Sequence record: DRR723986_18836
DNA length: 20,000 nt
Reading direction: 5' to 3' (one strand)
Both the position numbers and the translations under genes were made by a program. Positions 1 to 8,656 of this stretch are shown here, one piece after another. The first letter of the stretch is position 1, and every line of letters begins with the position of its first letter. The notes below the pieces were generated by a model. The model did not search any database, was not told the DNA's origin, and saw only the letters and a list, made by a program, of their open reading frames with translations.

Positions 1-2
1 AT

Positions 3-911
3 GATTTTTATGTGGTGTCTTTATCTAGTGAAAATCTAGTAAAAGTTGAACGATTTTTAGAGAAAAAACCAAATGATTTAGCAGTAGCGATTGATTATAA
101 TAAAGAAACCTTTGGTAAGTATAATGTAAATGTTTTACCAGCAGGAGTTCTGTTTAATGCCAAGGGAAAAGTACTTTGGGAAGGTGGTGCTCCAGATCTA
201 AAGAAATATATGGTAGAGAGGTTTTTAAGACAACAAACGGCAAGAACATCTTTGAGTACTTTTTTTAATGTTGTTTCTGTAGAAGAAGATTCACCAGAAG
301 AATATATACCTACCGAATTTCTAGAGATTAAGCCATTAGGCTCGGAATTTGATGAATTGTCTGTAGTAGATAATAGTAATTACTTAAAATTAACAGGTTC
401 CTTAAAGTCTATTATTGGTTATTTAGCTCGTATTTACAAAAATCAAATAGTAATAGTAGATGACGTTAATACTAACTATGAGGTGTATTTTAAAAAGCCA
501 TTAAATCCAAGTGAAAATTTAGCGTATAAGCTAATTACACAAATGAACTTGGGTGTAAAGCGCACCTACAGCAAAGGAGAAGGAATTAGTTTTAAAGTAG
601 AAACACCAAAGTTTTGGGATACAAATCAAATTGATTGGGGAAAAAATAATGCCAAATATTTAATTGGAGACTCCCAATTAAAAGGAGATAATGTATCACT
701 TAAGGATATTGCATACCAGTTGGCTTACGTATTAGATATGCCTGTAATAATACCAGATGATAGTGAAATAAGTTTAACACCACACGACTGGGATTTTCAT
801 TATAAGTTCTTTCAGTTAATGCAAACTGATTTAGAAGATAATTATGGTATTAAGGCTGAGAAAACAGAAGTATCTTATCCTGTTTATCACATACAAAAAA
901 AAGCTCCCTAA
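3..911 (+). CDS. Hypothetical protein, 5'-partial; the N-terminal part resembles the end of a TlpA/thioredoxin-like domain
   Basis: Frame is open from base 3 (DFYVVSLSSEN...), so the gene starts before the window. 'VVSLSSE...TFGKYNVNVLPAGVLFNAKGKVLWEG' resembles the C-terminal half of a TlpA fold. The TAA stop lies inside a terminator hairpin. Confidence 0.6.
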   Translation, partial: DFYVVSLSSENLVKVERFLEKKPNDLAVAIDYNKETFGKYNVNVLPAGVLFNAKGKVLWEGGAPDLKKYMVERFLRQQTARTSLSTFFNVVSVEEDSPEEYIPTEFLEIKPLGSEFDELSVVDNSNYLKLTGSLKSIIGYLARIYKNQIVIVDDVNTNYEVYFKKPLNPSENLAYKLITQMNLGVKRTYSKGEGISFKVETPKFWDTNQIDWGKNNAKYLIGDSQLKGDNVSLKDIAYQLAYVLDMPVIIPDDSEISLTPHDWDFHYKFFQLMQTDLEDNYGIKAEKTEVSYPVYHIQKKAP

Positions 912-922
912 GGAGCTTTTTT
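897..922. terminator. Bidirectional intrinsic terminator
   Basis: AAAAAAGCTCC-CTAA-GGAGCTTTTTT perfect hairpin with A/T tails between convergent genes. Confidence 0.85.
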
Positions 923-951
923 AATTTTAAAACTTAATATAGACGATATTT

Positions 952-1208
952 TTAGTTACTTAAAACTCTAAATTCTGTACGTCTGTTTCTTTGGTGTTGT
1001 CCTTCAGAACAATCTACTCCATTAGAACATCTGTTTGTTAAACGAGTTTCACCAAATCCTCTAGCAGTTAATCTACTTCTTTAAATTCGTCCTTAGTAAT
1101 ACATTTTACGTAGCATTTTCCTGGTTCAGGATTCGTTGGTAAGCCTTGTGCCTAAGAAAATCCTATCCCAGCGATAAAGCAGACTAATAATAATAGTTTT
1201 TGTTTCAT
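952..1208 (-). pseudogene. OmpA-family protein remnant (nonsense codon plus large internal deletion)
   Basis: Minus strand reads MKQKLLLLVCFIAGIGFS*AQGLPTNPEPGKCYVKCITKDEFKEV (TAG at 1152-1154), then in another frame RSRLTARGFGETRLTNRCSNGVDCSEGQHQRNRRTEFRVLSN*, the typical OmpA_C C-terminus (GxGE...NRRxEF). Confidence 0.85.
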
Positions 1209-1445
1209 AAAAAAAAATAGTTAATGGTTATAGTTTAATAAATTCGTATGTGCATAATACTTTACACATATCATTAGACACACGTAAATTGCATGAGTCA
1301 CATTTTAAAATGAAGTTAGGGGGTGTCGTAACTAGAATTTGATAGAATTTTTAAAGTCAAATAATAAATTCTCACTACGAATATTAAAAGTATGAATTAT
1401 TAATATAAAATTAACATATGTTAAGAAAAAATAGTAAAAAATATT

Positions 1446-2300
1446 TTAGGTAAATATTACAGTTTTGTTGTTATACACCATAACTTTTCTGTTAGTATGA
1501 AGCTTAATAGCATTAGAAAGAACTATTTTTTCTAGGTCTCGACCTTTTAAAATTAAATCTTTAATAGAATGTGCATGAGAGACATGAGAAATATCTTGTT
1601 CAATTATGGGTCCTGCATCAAGTTCTTCAGTAATATAAAGACTTGTTGCTCCAATTATCTTTACACCTCTCTTATAAGCAGAGTGGTAGGGTTTAGCACC
1701 AACAAAAGCTGGTAAAAAAGAATGATAAATATTAATGATTTTATTTTCATATTTCTCAATAAGAAGATGAGATATAATTTGCATATATCTGGCCAGTACA
1801 ATAAAGTCTATATTATGTTTTTCTAAAAGTGCCAGTTGTTTTAATTCAGCTTTATGTTTTGTTTCTTTTGTTACAGGAATATGATAAAAAGGAATATTAA
1901 AGTTATCTGCAATAGGCTTTAAGTCTAAATGGTTACTTAAAATAAATGGAATTTCAAGGAAAAGTTCATGAGAATTATATCTACCTAAGATATCATAAAG
2001 ACAATGATCATATTTAGATACAAATAATGCCATTTTTGGCTTTTTATGAGCAGAATAAATACGCCAATTAAGTTGAAATCTATCAGCTAATGACTTACTA
2101 AATAGTTCTTTAAAATTATTGATAGAAAAGGATTTAGAATGAAATTCACACTCCAATCGCATAAAAAATATATTCTGCTCTCTGTCAACATATTGGTCGA
2201 TGTAAACAATATTACCACTATTGTCAGCCATAAAATTAGTTACAGAAGCAATAATGTTTGGCTGGTCTTTACAATGAATAAGCAAAGTAATTTTGTTCAA
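1446..2300 (-). CDS. purU: Formyltetrahydrofolate deformylase (possibly inactivated)
   Basis: N-terminal ACT domain (CKDQPNIIASVT...FFMRLE), VSKYDHCL, VLARYMQI, HSFLPAFVGAKPYH, LDAGPIIEQD; TTG start. Confidence 0.93.
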   Translation of the reverse strand: MNKITLLIHCKDQPNIIASVTNFMADNSGNIVYIDQYVDREQNIFFMRLECEFHSKSFSINNFKELFSKSLADRFQLNWRIYSAHKKPKMALFVSKYDHCLYDILGRYNSHELFLEIPFILSNHLDLKPIADNFNIPFYHIPVTKETKHKAELKQLALLEKHNIDFIVLARYMQIISHLLIEKYENKIINIYHSFLPAFVGAKPYHSAYKRGVKIIGATSLYITEELDAGPIIEQDISHVSHAHSIKDLILKGRDLEKIVLSNAIKLHTNRKVMVYNNKTVIFT

Positions 2301-2408
2301 AAATACATCTTGTTATTAAGGCTAAAATAGCTAAAATACCTATCTGAATTAACTTTAAGTAATTATTATATAATTGATGATTTTTGAATTATTTTTTTGA
2401 ATATTCCG

Positions 2409-2416
2409 TAAATTTG
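2409..2416 (+). promoter_or_regulatory. Bacteroidota sigma70 -7 element for icmF
   Basis: TAAATTTG matches TAnnTTTG, 27 nt before the ATG, with a TTG about 22 nt upstream. Confidence 0.6.
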
Positions 2417-2443
2417 TTCCTCAATTAAGCTATAATTTTACGA

Positions 2444-5400
2444 ATGGAACAAATTGCACCTTATAAACCAAAACATAAAGTTAGAATTGTAACAGCCGCA
2501 TCTTTATTTGATGGGCATGATGCAGCTATAAACATTATGCGTAGAATAATTCAATCTACGGGAGTAGAGGTTATTCATTTGGGACATGATAGAAGTGTAG
2601 AAGAAGTTGTAAATACTGCAATACAAGAAGATGCTAATGCGATTGCAATGACATCGTATCAAGGAGGTCATAATGAGTATTTTAAGTATATGTATGATTT
2701 GTTACAGGAAAAAGGTGCTGGCCATATAAAAATCTTCGGTGGAGGAGGTGGTGTAATACTTCCTGAAGAAATTAAGGACTTAATGGATTATGGGATAACC
2801 CGTATATATTCACCTGATGATGGTCGCGAAATGGGTTTACAAGGCATGATTAATGATTTAGTTAAACAGTCTGATTTTGCCATTGGTGACCAACTCAATG
2901 GAGAAGTTAAGGTGCTAGCAGAAAAGAACCCTAAGTCAATAGCACGAGTTATTTCAGCTGCTGAAAATTTTCCAGATGTGGCTAAGGATGCTTTAGAATC
3001 CATTCATAATAAAAACAAAAACTCAAAAACACCAGTTTTAGGAATTACAGGAACTGGTGGTGCTGGTAAGTCTTCATTAGTTGATGAATTAGTACGACGA
3101 TTTTTAATAGATTTTCCTGAGAAAACTGTTGGTTTAATTTCTGTTGACCCTTCAAAACGAAAAACTGGTGGAGCATTACTTGGAGATAGAATTAGAATGA
3201 ATGCTATCAATTCACCAAGAGTGTATATGAGAAGTTTGGCTACACGTCAATCTAATTTGGCACTTTCTAAATATGTTAACGAGGCTGTAGAGGTTTTAAA
3301 AGCAGCAGAATACGATTTAATTATTCTTGAAACTTCTGGTATTGGACAATCTGATACTGAAATACTAGAACATAGTGATGTTTCTCTTTATGTAATGACA
3401 CCAGAATTTGGTGCTGCTACGCAACTAGAGAAAATAGATATGTTAGATTTTGCAGACCTTGTGGCAATTAACAAGTTTGATAAAAGAGGTGCATTAGATG
3501 CATTACGTGATGTAAAGAAACAGTACATGCGTAATCATAATATGTGGCATGCAGATCCTAATACTATGCCTGTTTTTGGTACCATTGCTTCACAGTTCAA
3601 TGATCCTGGAATGAACACGTTGTATAAAGCAATAATGGATAAGGTTGTTGAAAAAACGCAAGCAGATTTAAAATCTACATTCGAGATTTCTAAGGAAATG
3701 AGTGAGAAGATTTTTGTGATACCTCCTGCGCGTACACGTTACTTGTCTGAGATTGCAGAAAATAATAGAGCATATGATAAAACGGCAAATGTACAGGTAG
3801 AGGTTGCTCAAAAATTATATGGTATATACAAAACACTAGAGTCTGTACTTGGTGAAGCTCCGCGTTTAGATAAATCTGGAATTGATTCAGAATCTGTCAA
3901 TTCTAATGAAGTTGAGAATAAAGACTTTGTTAGAATGTTAGTTTCAGAATTCGACCGTGTAAAGTTAAATTTAGATCCTTACAATTGGGAAATAGTCACA
4001 GGTTGGGATGACAAAGTAAATCGTTACAAAGCTCCAATTTATTCTTTTAAAGTAAGAGATAAAGAAATAAAAATAGATACTCATACAAAATCGTTGTCTC
4101 ACACAGATATTCCTAAAGTAGCATTACCAAAATATGAAGCTTGGGGAGATATATTAAAATGGTGTTTACAAGAAAATGTACCAGGCGAATTCCCATTTAC
4201 TTCTGGCTTATATCCATTTAAGCGTACAGGTGAGGATCCTACACGTATGTTCGCTGGTGAAGGTGGTCCAGAGCGTACCAACAGACGTTTTCATTACGTA
4301 AGTTTAGGTATGCCAGCAAAACGATTGTCTACAGCTTTCGATTCGGTAACCTTATATGGAAATGATCCAGATTATAGGCCAGATATTTATGGTAAAATCG
4401 GAAATGCTGGTGTAAGTATTTGCTGTTTAGATGATGCTAAAAAACTCTATTCGGGCTTTAATTTAGCAGATTCAATGACATCTGTGAGTATGACTATTAA
4501 TGGTCCTGCACCGATGTTATTAGGGTTTTTTATGAATGCAGCTATTGACCAACAATGTGAGATTTATATTAAGGAAAATGGTCTTGAAAAGGAAGTAGAA
4601 CAGAAGATTGAAGCTATATATAAGGGCAAAGAACGACCAAAATATAATGGCGATTTACCAGAAGGTAATGATGGACTAGGATTGATGCTTTTAGGCGTTA
4701 CAGGAGATCAGGTTTTACCATCAGAAATTTACGAGGAAATTAAAGCAAAGACTATTGCTCAGGTAAGAGGAACAGTGCAAGCAGATATATTAAAGGAAGA
4801 TCAAGCTCAAAACACTTGTATTTTTTCTACAGAATTTGCTTTACGTTTAATGGGTGATGTACAAGAGTACTTTATTGATAATAATGTTAGAAACTTTTAT
4901 TCAGTTTCTATTTCTGGTTATCATATAGCTGAGGCAGGGGCAAACCCTATAACTCAATTAGCATTAACATTATCTAACGGATTTACTTATGTAGAATACT
5001 ACCTAAGTAGAGGTATGGATATTAATAAATTTGGACCAAACTTATCATTCTTTTTCTCAAATGGTATAGATCCGGAATATGCCGTTATTGGTCGTGTAGC
5101 ACGTAAAATATGGGCAAAAGCCTTGAAGCACAAATATGGAGCTAATCCAAGAGCACAAATGTTGAAATATCATATTCAAACTTCAGGACGTAGTTTACAT
5201 GCTCAGGAGATTGATTTCAATGATATACGAACAACGCTTCAAGCCTTATATGCACTTTATGATAATTGTAATTCATTACACACAAATGCCTATGATGAAG
5301 CTATTACTACACCTACAGAAGAGTCTGTGCGTAGAGCAATGGCAATTCAATTAATTATCAATAAAGAATTAGGTTTAGCAAAAAATGAAAATCCTATACA

Positions 5401-5860
5401 AGGTTCATTTATAATTGAAGAACTAACTGACTTGGTTGAAGAAGCCGTGTTACTTGAATTTGATAGAATTACTGAACGTGGTGGAGTCCTAGGCGCAATG
5501 GAGACGATGTACCAGCGTTCTAAGATTCAGGAAGAAAGTTTGTATTATGAAACTTTAAAGCACAATGGTGAATTTCCTATTATTGGTGTAAACACATTCT
5601 TAAGCAGTAAAGGTTCACCAACAGTTCAGCCAGCGGAAGTTATTAGAGCAACCGAAGAGGAAAAAGAATATCAGATTAAAACTTTAAAAAATCTTCATAA
5701 CGCGCATGATACAGATAAGTTATTAAAAGACTTGCAGCACATGGCAATTAATAATCAGAATATTTTTGAAGCACTAATGGAAGTCTGTAAAGTTTGTTCT
5801 TTAGGTCAAATTACGTCAGCTTTATTTGAAGTTGGTGGACAGTATCGCCGAAATATGTAA
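2444..5860 (+). CDS. icmF: Fused isobutyryl-CoA mutase / MeaB-like GTPase chaperone (AdoCbl-dependent)
   Basis: N-terminal B12-binding domain ([11 protein letters not shown]), P-loop GTGGAGKS and NKFD GTPase motifs, C-terminal mutase barrel (RMFAGEG with specificity Phe, [25 protein letters not shown]); 1138 aa. Confidence 0.95.
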   Translation: MEQIAPYKPKHKVRIVTAASLFDGHDAAINIMRRIIQSTGVEVIHLGHDRSVEEVVNTAIQEDANAIAMTSYQGGHNEYFKYMYDLLQEKGAGHIKIFGGGGGVILPEEIKDLMDYGITRIYSPDDGREMGLQGMINDLVKQSDFAIGDQLNGEVKVLAEKNPKSIARVISAAENFPDVAKDALESIHNKNKNSKTPVLGITGTGGAGKSSLVDELVRRFLIDFPEKTVGLISVDPSKRKTGGALLGDRIRMNAINSPRVYMRSLATRQSNLALSKYVNEAVEVLKAAEYDLIILETSGIGQSDTEILEHSDVSLYVMTPEFGAATQLEKIDMLDFADLVAINKFDKRGALDALRDVKKQYMRNHNMWHADPNTMPVFGTIASQFNDPGMNTLYKAIMDKVVEKTQADLKSTFEISKEMSEKIFVIPPARTRYLSEIAENNRAYDKTANVQVEVAQKLYGIYKTLESVLGEAPRLDKSGIDSESVNSNEVENKDFVRMLVSEFDRVKLNLDPYNWEIVTGWDDKVNRYKAPIYSFKVRDKEIKIDTHTKSLSHTDIPKVALPKYEAWGDILKWCLQENVPGEFPFTSGLYPFKRTGEDPTRMFAGEGGPERTNRRFHYVSLGMPAKRLSTAFDSVTLYGNDPDYRPDIYGKIGNAGVSICCLDDAKKLYSGFNLADSMTSVSMTINGPAPMLLGFFMNAAIDQQCEIYIKENGLEKEVEQKIEAIYKGKERPKYNGDLPEGNDGLGLMLLGVTGDQVLPSEIYEEIKAKTIAQVRGTVQADILKEDQAQNTCIFSTEFALRLMGDVQEYFIDNNVRNFYSVSISGYHIAEAGANPITQLALTLSNGFTYVEYYLSRGMDINKFGPNLSFFFSNGIDPEYAVIGRVARKIWAKALKHKYGANPRAQMLKYHIQTSGRSLHAQEIDFNDIRTTLQALYALYDNCNSLHTNAYDEAITTPTEESVRRAMAIQLIINKELGLAKNENPIQGSFIIEELTDLVEEAVLLEFDRITERGGVLGAMETMYQRSKIQEESLYYETLKHNGEFPIIGVNTFLSSKGSPTVQPAEVIRATEEEKEYQIKTLKNLHNAHDTDKLLKDLQHMAINNQNIFEALMEVCKVCSLGQITSALFEVGGQYRRNM

Positions 5861-5947
5861 ATAGAGAACTAGCTTTATTAAAATCAAAAGCTCAGTGAAT
5901 CGCTAATCCAGAATTTATCTCAGGAACTCATAATTTTAATTTATTTA

Positions 5948-6556
5948 ATGTCATTCAAAAAACTACATCCTTTATTAAAAGAGTCTTTGAAAAATTTAGG
6001 AATTGAATCCTCAAATACATTTCAGAAAAAAGTGTTACCAACTCTAAAAGGTGTTGCTGGTACTTATGTTATAGCACCAAAAGGAAGTGGAAAGAAGATT
6101 GCGCTAATAATAACAACAATTCATAAATTAAAAGCTTCTTCTTTTGAAGATTCACCCAGAGCAATTATTGTTGTGGAAAATAAATCAGATGCATTAGCAT
6201 TAAAAGTGGAATTCGAAAAATTTACCGGGAATACAGACTTGCGTATCTATACACTATATGATGAGTATGATATCGAAAAGCAGAAAACAGAAATTTATCC
6301 AGGTCAAGATATCGTAATTGCAACGCCAGCTAGATTAAGTAAGCTTTATTTTTTAAATGGTATTCACATGGGTGAAATACAATTGTTTGCTATTGAAGAT
6401 GCCGATTATTTAGGACGAAACAACGCTTATAATCATATCTTACGCTTATCCGAAAGTTTGAGTAAATGTCAGTATGTAATTATGTCGGACGAAATGAATT
6501 CTAAAATTAAAAATTATCAAAATGCATTTATGAGTAATGCGCAACTGGTAAAGTAG
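5948..6556 (+). CDS. Stand-alone DEAD/DEAH-box N-terminal domain protein with degenerate motifs
   Basis: Q-motif-like FKKL...TFQKK, Walker A-like APKGSGKK, DIVIATPARL, motif II-like IEDAD; no helicase C domain. Confidence 0.8.
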   Translation: MSFKKLHPLLKESLKNLGIESSNTFQKKVLPTLKGVAGTYVIAPKGSGKKIALIITTIHKLKASSFEDSPRAIIVVENKSDALALKVEFEKFTGNTDLRIYTLYDEYDIEKQKTEIYPGQDIVIATPARLSKLYFLNGIHMGEIQLFAIEDADYLGRNNAYNHILRLSESLSKCQYVIMSDEMNSKIKNYQNAFMSNAQLVK

Positions 6557-6580
6557 AAATAAATAACTTCGGTCAATGCA

Positions 6581-6976
6581 CTATAGAGTCATCATCCAAG
6601 TGCGCTGTAGTTTTCTAAATTTTTTAAGTTCACCTTTAAGTATAGGTAAATAGTCTTTTCCATTACTTTTAGATCGCTCCAATCTTTGGCAATTACTATA
6701 TAATTGATTGGTTAGTCGATCTAAGCTTTCTAAGTGTTGATGCTTTTTTTCTGAGTAACGCTCGCGTTCTGCATTAATAATTTCTGGCGCGAGATTTGTT
6801 GATTGCTGAACAATGTCACCTGAAAAGTAAATATCTACATCTTCAGAACCATCTTCATTTAAATATGACAAATCATGATTTAAGTATGTAGATATATTTC
6901 TGGACAGCATAATGATGTCCATTGCCTTTCTATATATAGGCAAATCAGATAGATGAGATGGTAGGTTGTAATTCAT
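6581..6976 (-). CDS. Conserved hypothetical helical protein (four-helix-bundle-like)
   Basis: 131-aa ORF from ATG 6976 (MNYNLPSHLSDLPIYRKAMDI...). The LxIYxKA start and the amphipathic helices resemble four-helix-bundle proteins. Confidence 0.7.
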   Translation of the reverse strand: MNYNLPSHLSDLPIYRKAMDIIMLSRNISTYLNHDLSYLNEDGSEDVDIYFSGDIVQQSTNLAPEIINAERERYSEKKHQHLESLDRLTNQLYSNCQRLERSKSNGKDYLPILKGELKKFRKLQRTWMMTL

Positions 6977-7046
6977 TTTAAATAGCAATAAGCACGAAAT
7001 TAAGGACAAATTAGAATTTTTAACTTTAAATTTTAAAGTAAAAATA

Positions 7047-7054
7047 TATATTTG
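7047..7054 (+). promoter_or_regulatory. Bacteroidota -7 element for the Lrp gene
   Basis: TATATTTG upstream of ATG 7092. Confidence 0.55.
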
Positions 7055-7091
7055 CTTTAATAATGGTGTTAATATTTGTAAAAAACCTTAA

Positions 7092-7535
7092 ATGAATATA
7101 GATACGCTTAATTGGAAGATTTTAAAGTGTTTGCAAGAGAATGCACGTATGTCTAATGCTGAGATTGGACGTCGGGTAGAAGTGAGTTCACCAGCGGTGA
7201 GTGAGCGAATAAAAAAAATGGAGGATGCTGAAATTATTGAAGGCTATACTACGTTTGTTTCACCAATAGAAGCTGGTTATCAACTGAAGGCTTTAATCAC
7301 GGTAAGAGCCTTTATGGGAATGTTAAAACCATTCTTAGAAAAGGTTAAAACATTTGATGAGGTTGTAAACTGTTATCGTATAACTGGTAATGAAAATATC
7401 GTGATGGAAGTAGTGCTTAAGAACCAAAAACATTTAGAAGTTTTTATTGACCAATTAATTAGTTATGGAGAAACAAAAACTCAAATAATACTTTCTCATG
7501 TTGTAAAACATAGCGAAATAAAGTCCTTGAAATAA
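7092..7535 (+). CDS. Lrp/AsnC family transcriptional regulator
   Basis: IDTLNWKILKCLQENARMSNAEIGRRV..SSPAVSERIKKME HTH; RAM domain CYRITG. Confidence 0.93.
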   Translation: MNIDTLNWKILKCLQENARMSNAEIGRRVEVSSPAVSERIKKMEDAEIIEGYTTFVSPIEAGYQLKALITVRAFMGMLKPFLEKVKTFDEVVNCYRITGNENIVMEVVLKNQKHLEVFIDQLISYGETKTQIILSHVVKHSEIKSLK

Positions 7536-7641
7536 TTATCACAGACATGACCAATTTCGTTTTTAGTTTGAGAAGCTTTAATTGGTAATGTCTAAGTACC
7601 TTAAATTTAGTATCTTAGCAGAATAAACCACCTTCCAAGAA

Positions 7642-8289
7642 ATGAAATTGAAAAACTATTTGCAAGAATTGCAACGTAGACATGTGGTTAAAGCGGGTAT
7701 TGCATATTTAGTTTTGTCATTTTCAGTTAGTTGTGCACAAGACAAACGAGTATTAAACGAAGAGACTGAATGGCAAAAAGAGATGAATGCAGATTTTAAA
7801 GATGCCACTACATCTCCACTTAAAGATAAAGACCGAAAGAAATTTACGGGTTTAGATTTTTATAAGTTTGATTCTACATACGTCGTTAAGGCGAAACTAA
7901 AAAGAACACCAGATGCTAAGCCATTTAAAATGAAGACAACAACCGAGAGACGACCAGATTATGTGCAGTACGGAGTTATTACCTTCACTTTAAAAGGTGA
8001 AGAATTTCAGTTAAGTATATACCAAAATTTGGGCTTAATGGACGAAGAGGGCTACGAAGATTATTTGTTTTTACCTTTTTTGGATGATACCAACGGAAAC
8101 GGAAGTTACTCTGGTGGAAGATATACAGAAGCTAGAATACCAGATGGTGACACTTTAATAATCGATTTTAATACAGCTTATAATCCTTATTGTGCTTATA
8201 ATGATAAGTACTCTTGCCCAATTGTACCGAGAGAAAATTACATTGCTGCCAAAATTGAAGCTGGAGTCAAGGCTTTTAAGAAATCGTAA
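7642..8289 (+). CDS. DUF1684 domain protein (exported); N-terminus looks chimeric
   Basis: SPL...F.GL.FY, LFLPFLDDTNG..SYSGGRY, IDFNTAYNPYCAYNDKYSCP motifs of DUF1684. Confidence 0.88.
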   Translation: MKLKNYLQELQRRHVVKAGIAYLVLSFSVSCAQDKRVLNEETEWQKEMNADFKDATTSPLKDKDRKKFTGLDFYKFDSTYVVKAKLKRTPDAKPFKMKTTTERRPDYVQYGVITFTLKGEEFQLSIYQNLGLMDEEGYEDYLFLPFLDDTNGNGSYSGGRYTEARIPDGDTLIIDFNTAYNPYCAYNDKYSCPIVPRENYIAAKIEAGVKAFKKS

Positions 8290-8656
8290 TATATTTTACT
8301 AAATACAAACCTAGAAAAACGGCTAAAAATCCTATTACAAAGCTTGCAATAGTGTAGACAGCAAAACTTACAAAGTCACCAGATTTTAAAAACAAATGAT
8401 TTTCGTAGGCAAAGGTTGAAAAAGTTGTAAAGCCACCGCAAAATCCTGTTGCTAGAAGTAACGTCTGATTTTGGCTTAACGTATCGTTTTTAGCAGCCAT
8501 TCCGAGAATAATTCCTATTAATAAACTACCGAGAATATTTGCTGCGAAGGTACCATAAGGAATACCAGATTCTGAGTTATTTAGCCATTTACCTATTACA
8601 AAACGGAGCGCACTACCAAATCCACCTCCTATAAACACAATGAGTAATTGCTTCAT
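8276..8656 (-). CDS. crcB: Fluoride channel Fluc/CrcB
   Basis: GGGFGSALRF, PYGTFAANILGS, TGFCGGFTTFSTF signature; 126 aa, hydrophobic. Confidence 0.96.
   Translation of the reverse strand: MKQLLIVFIGGGFGSALRFVIGKWLNNSESGIPYGTFAANILGSLLIGIILGMAAKNDTLSQNQTLLLATGFCGGFTTFSTFAYENHLFLKSGDFVSFAVYTIASFVIGFLAVFLGLYLVKYITIS

Noticed and set aside
2301..2443. Cobalamin riboswitch upstream of B12-dependent icmF
   Set aside because: The spacer is short and very AT-rich, the -7 box is only 27 nt from the ATG, and no B12-box is visible
2139..4281. Short ORFs 2139-2330, 2788-3003, 3004-3210 and 4099-4281
   Set aside because: Antisense shadows of purU and icmF with no recognisable motifs
6581..6976. Diversity-generating retroelement (Avd-like gene)
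   Set aside because: No reverse transcriptase and no template/variable repeat pair visible in the window
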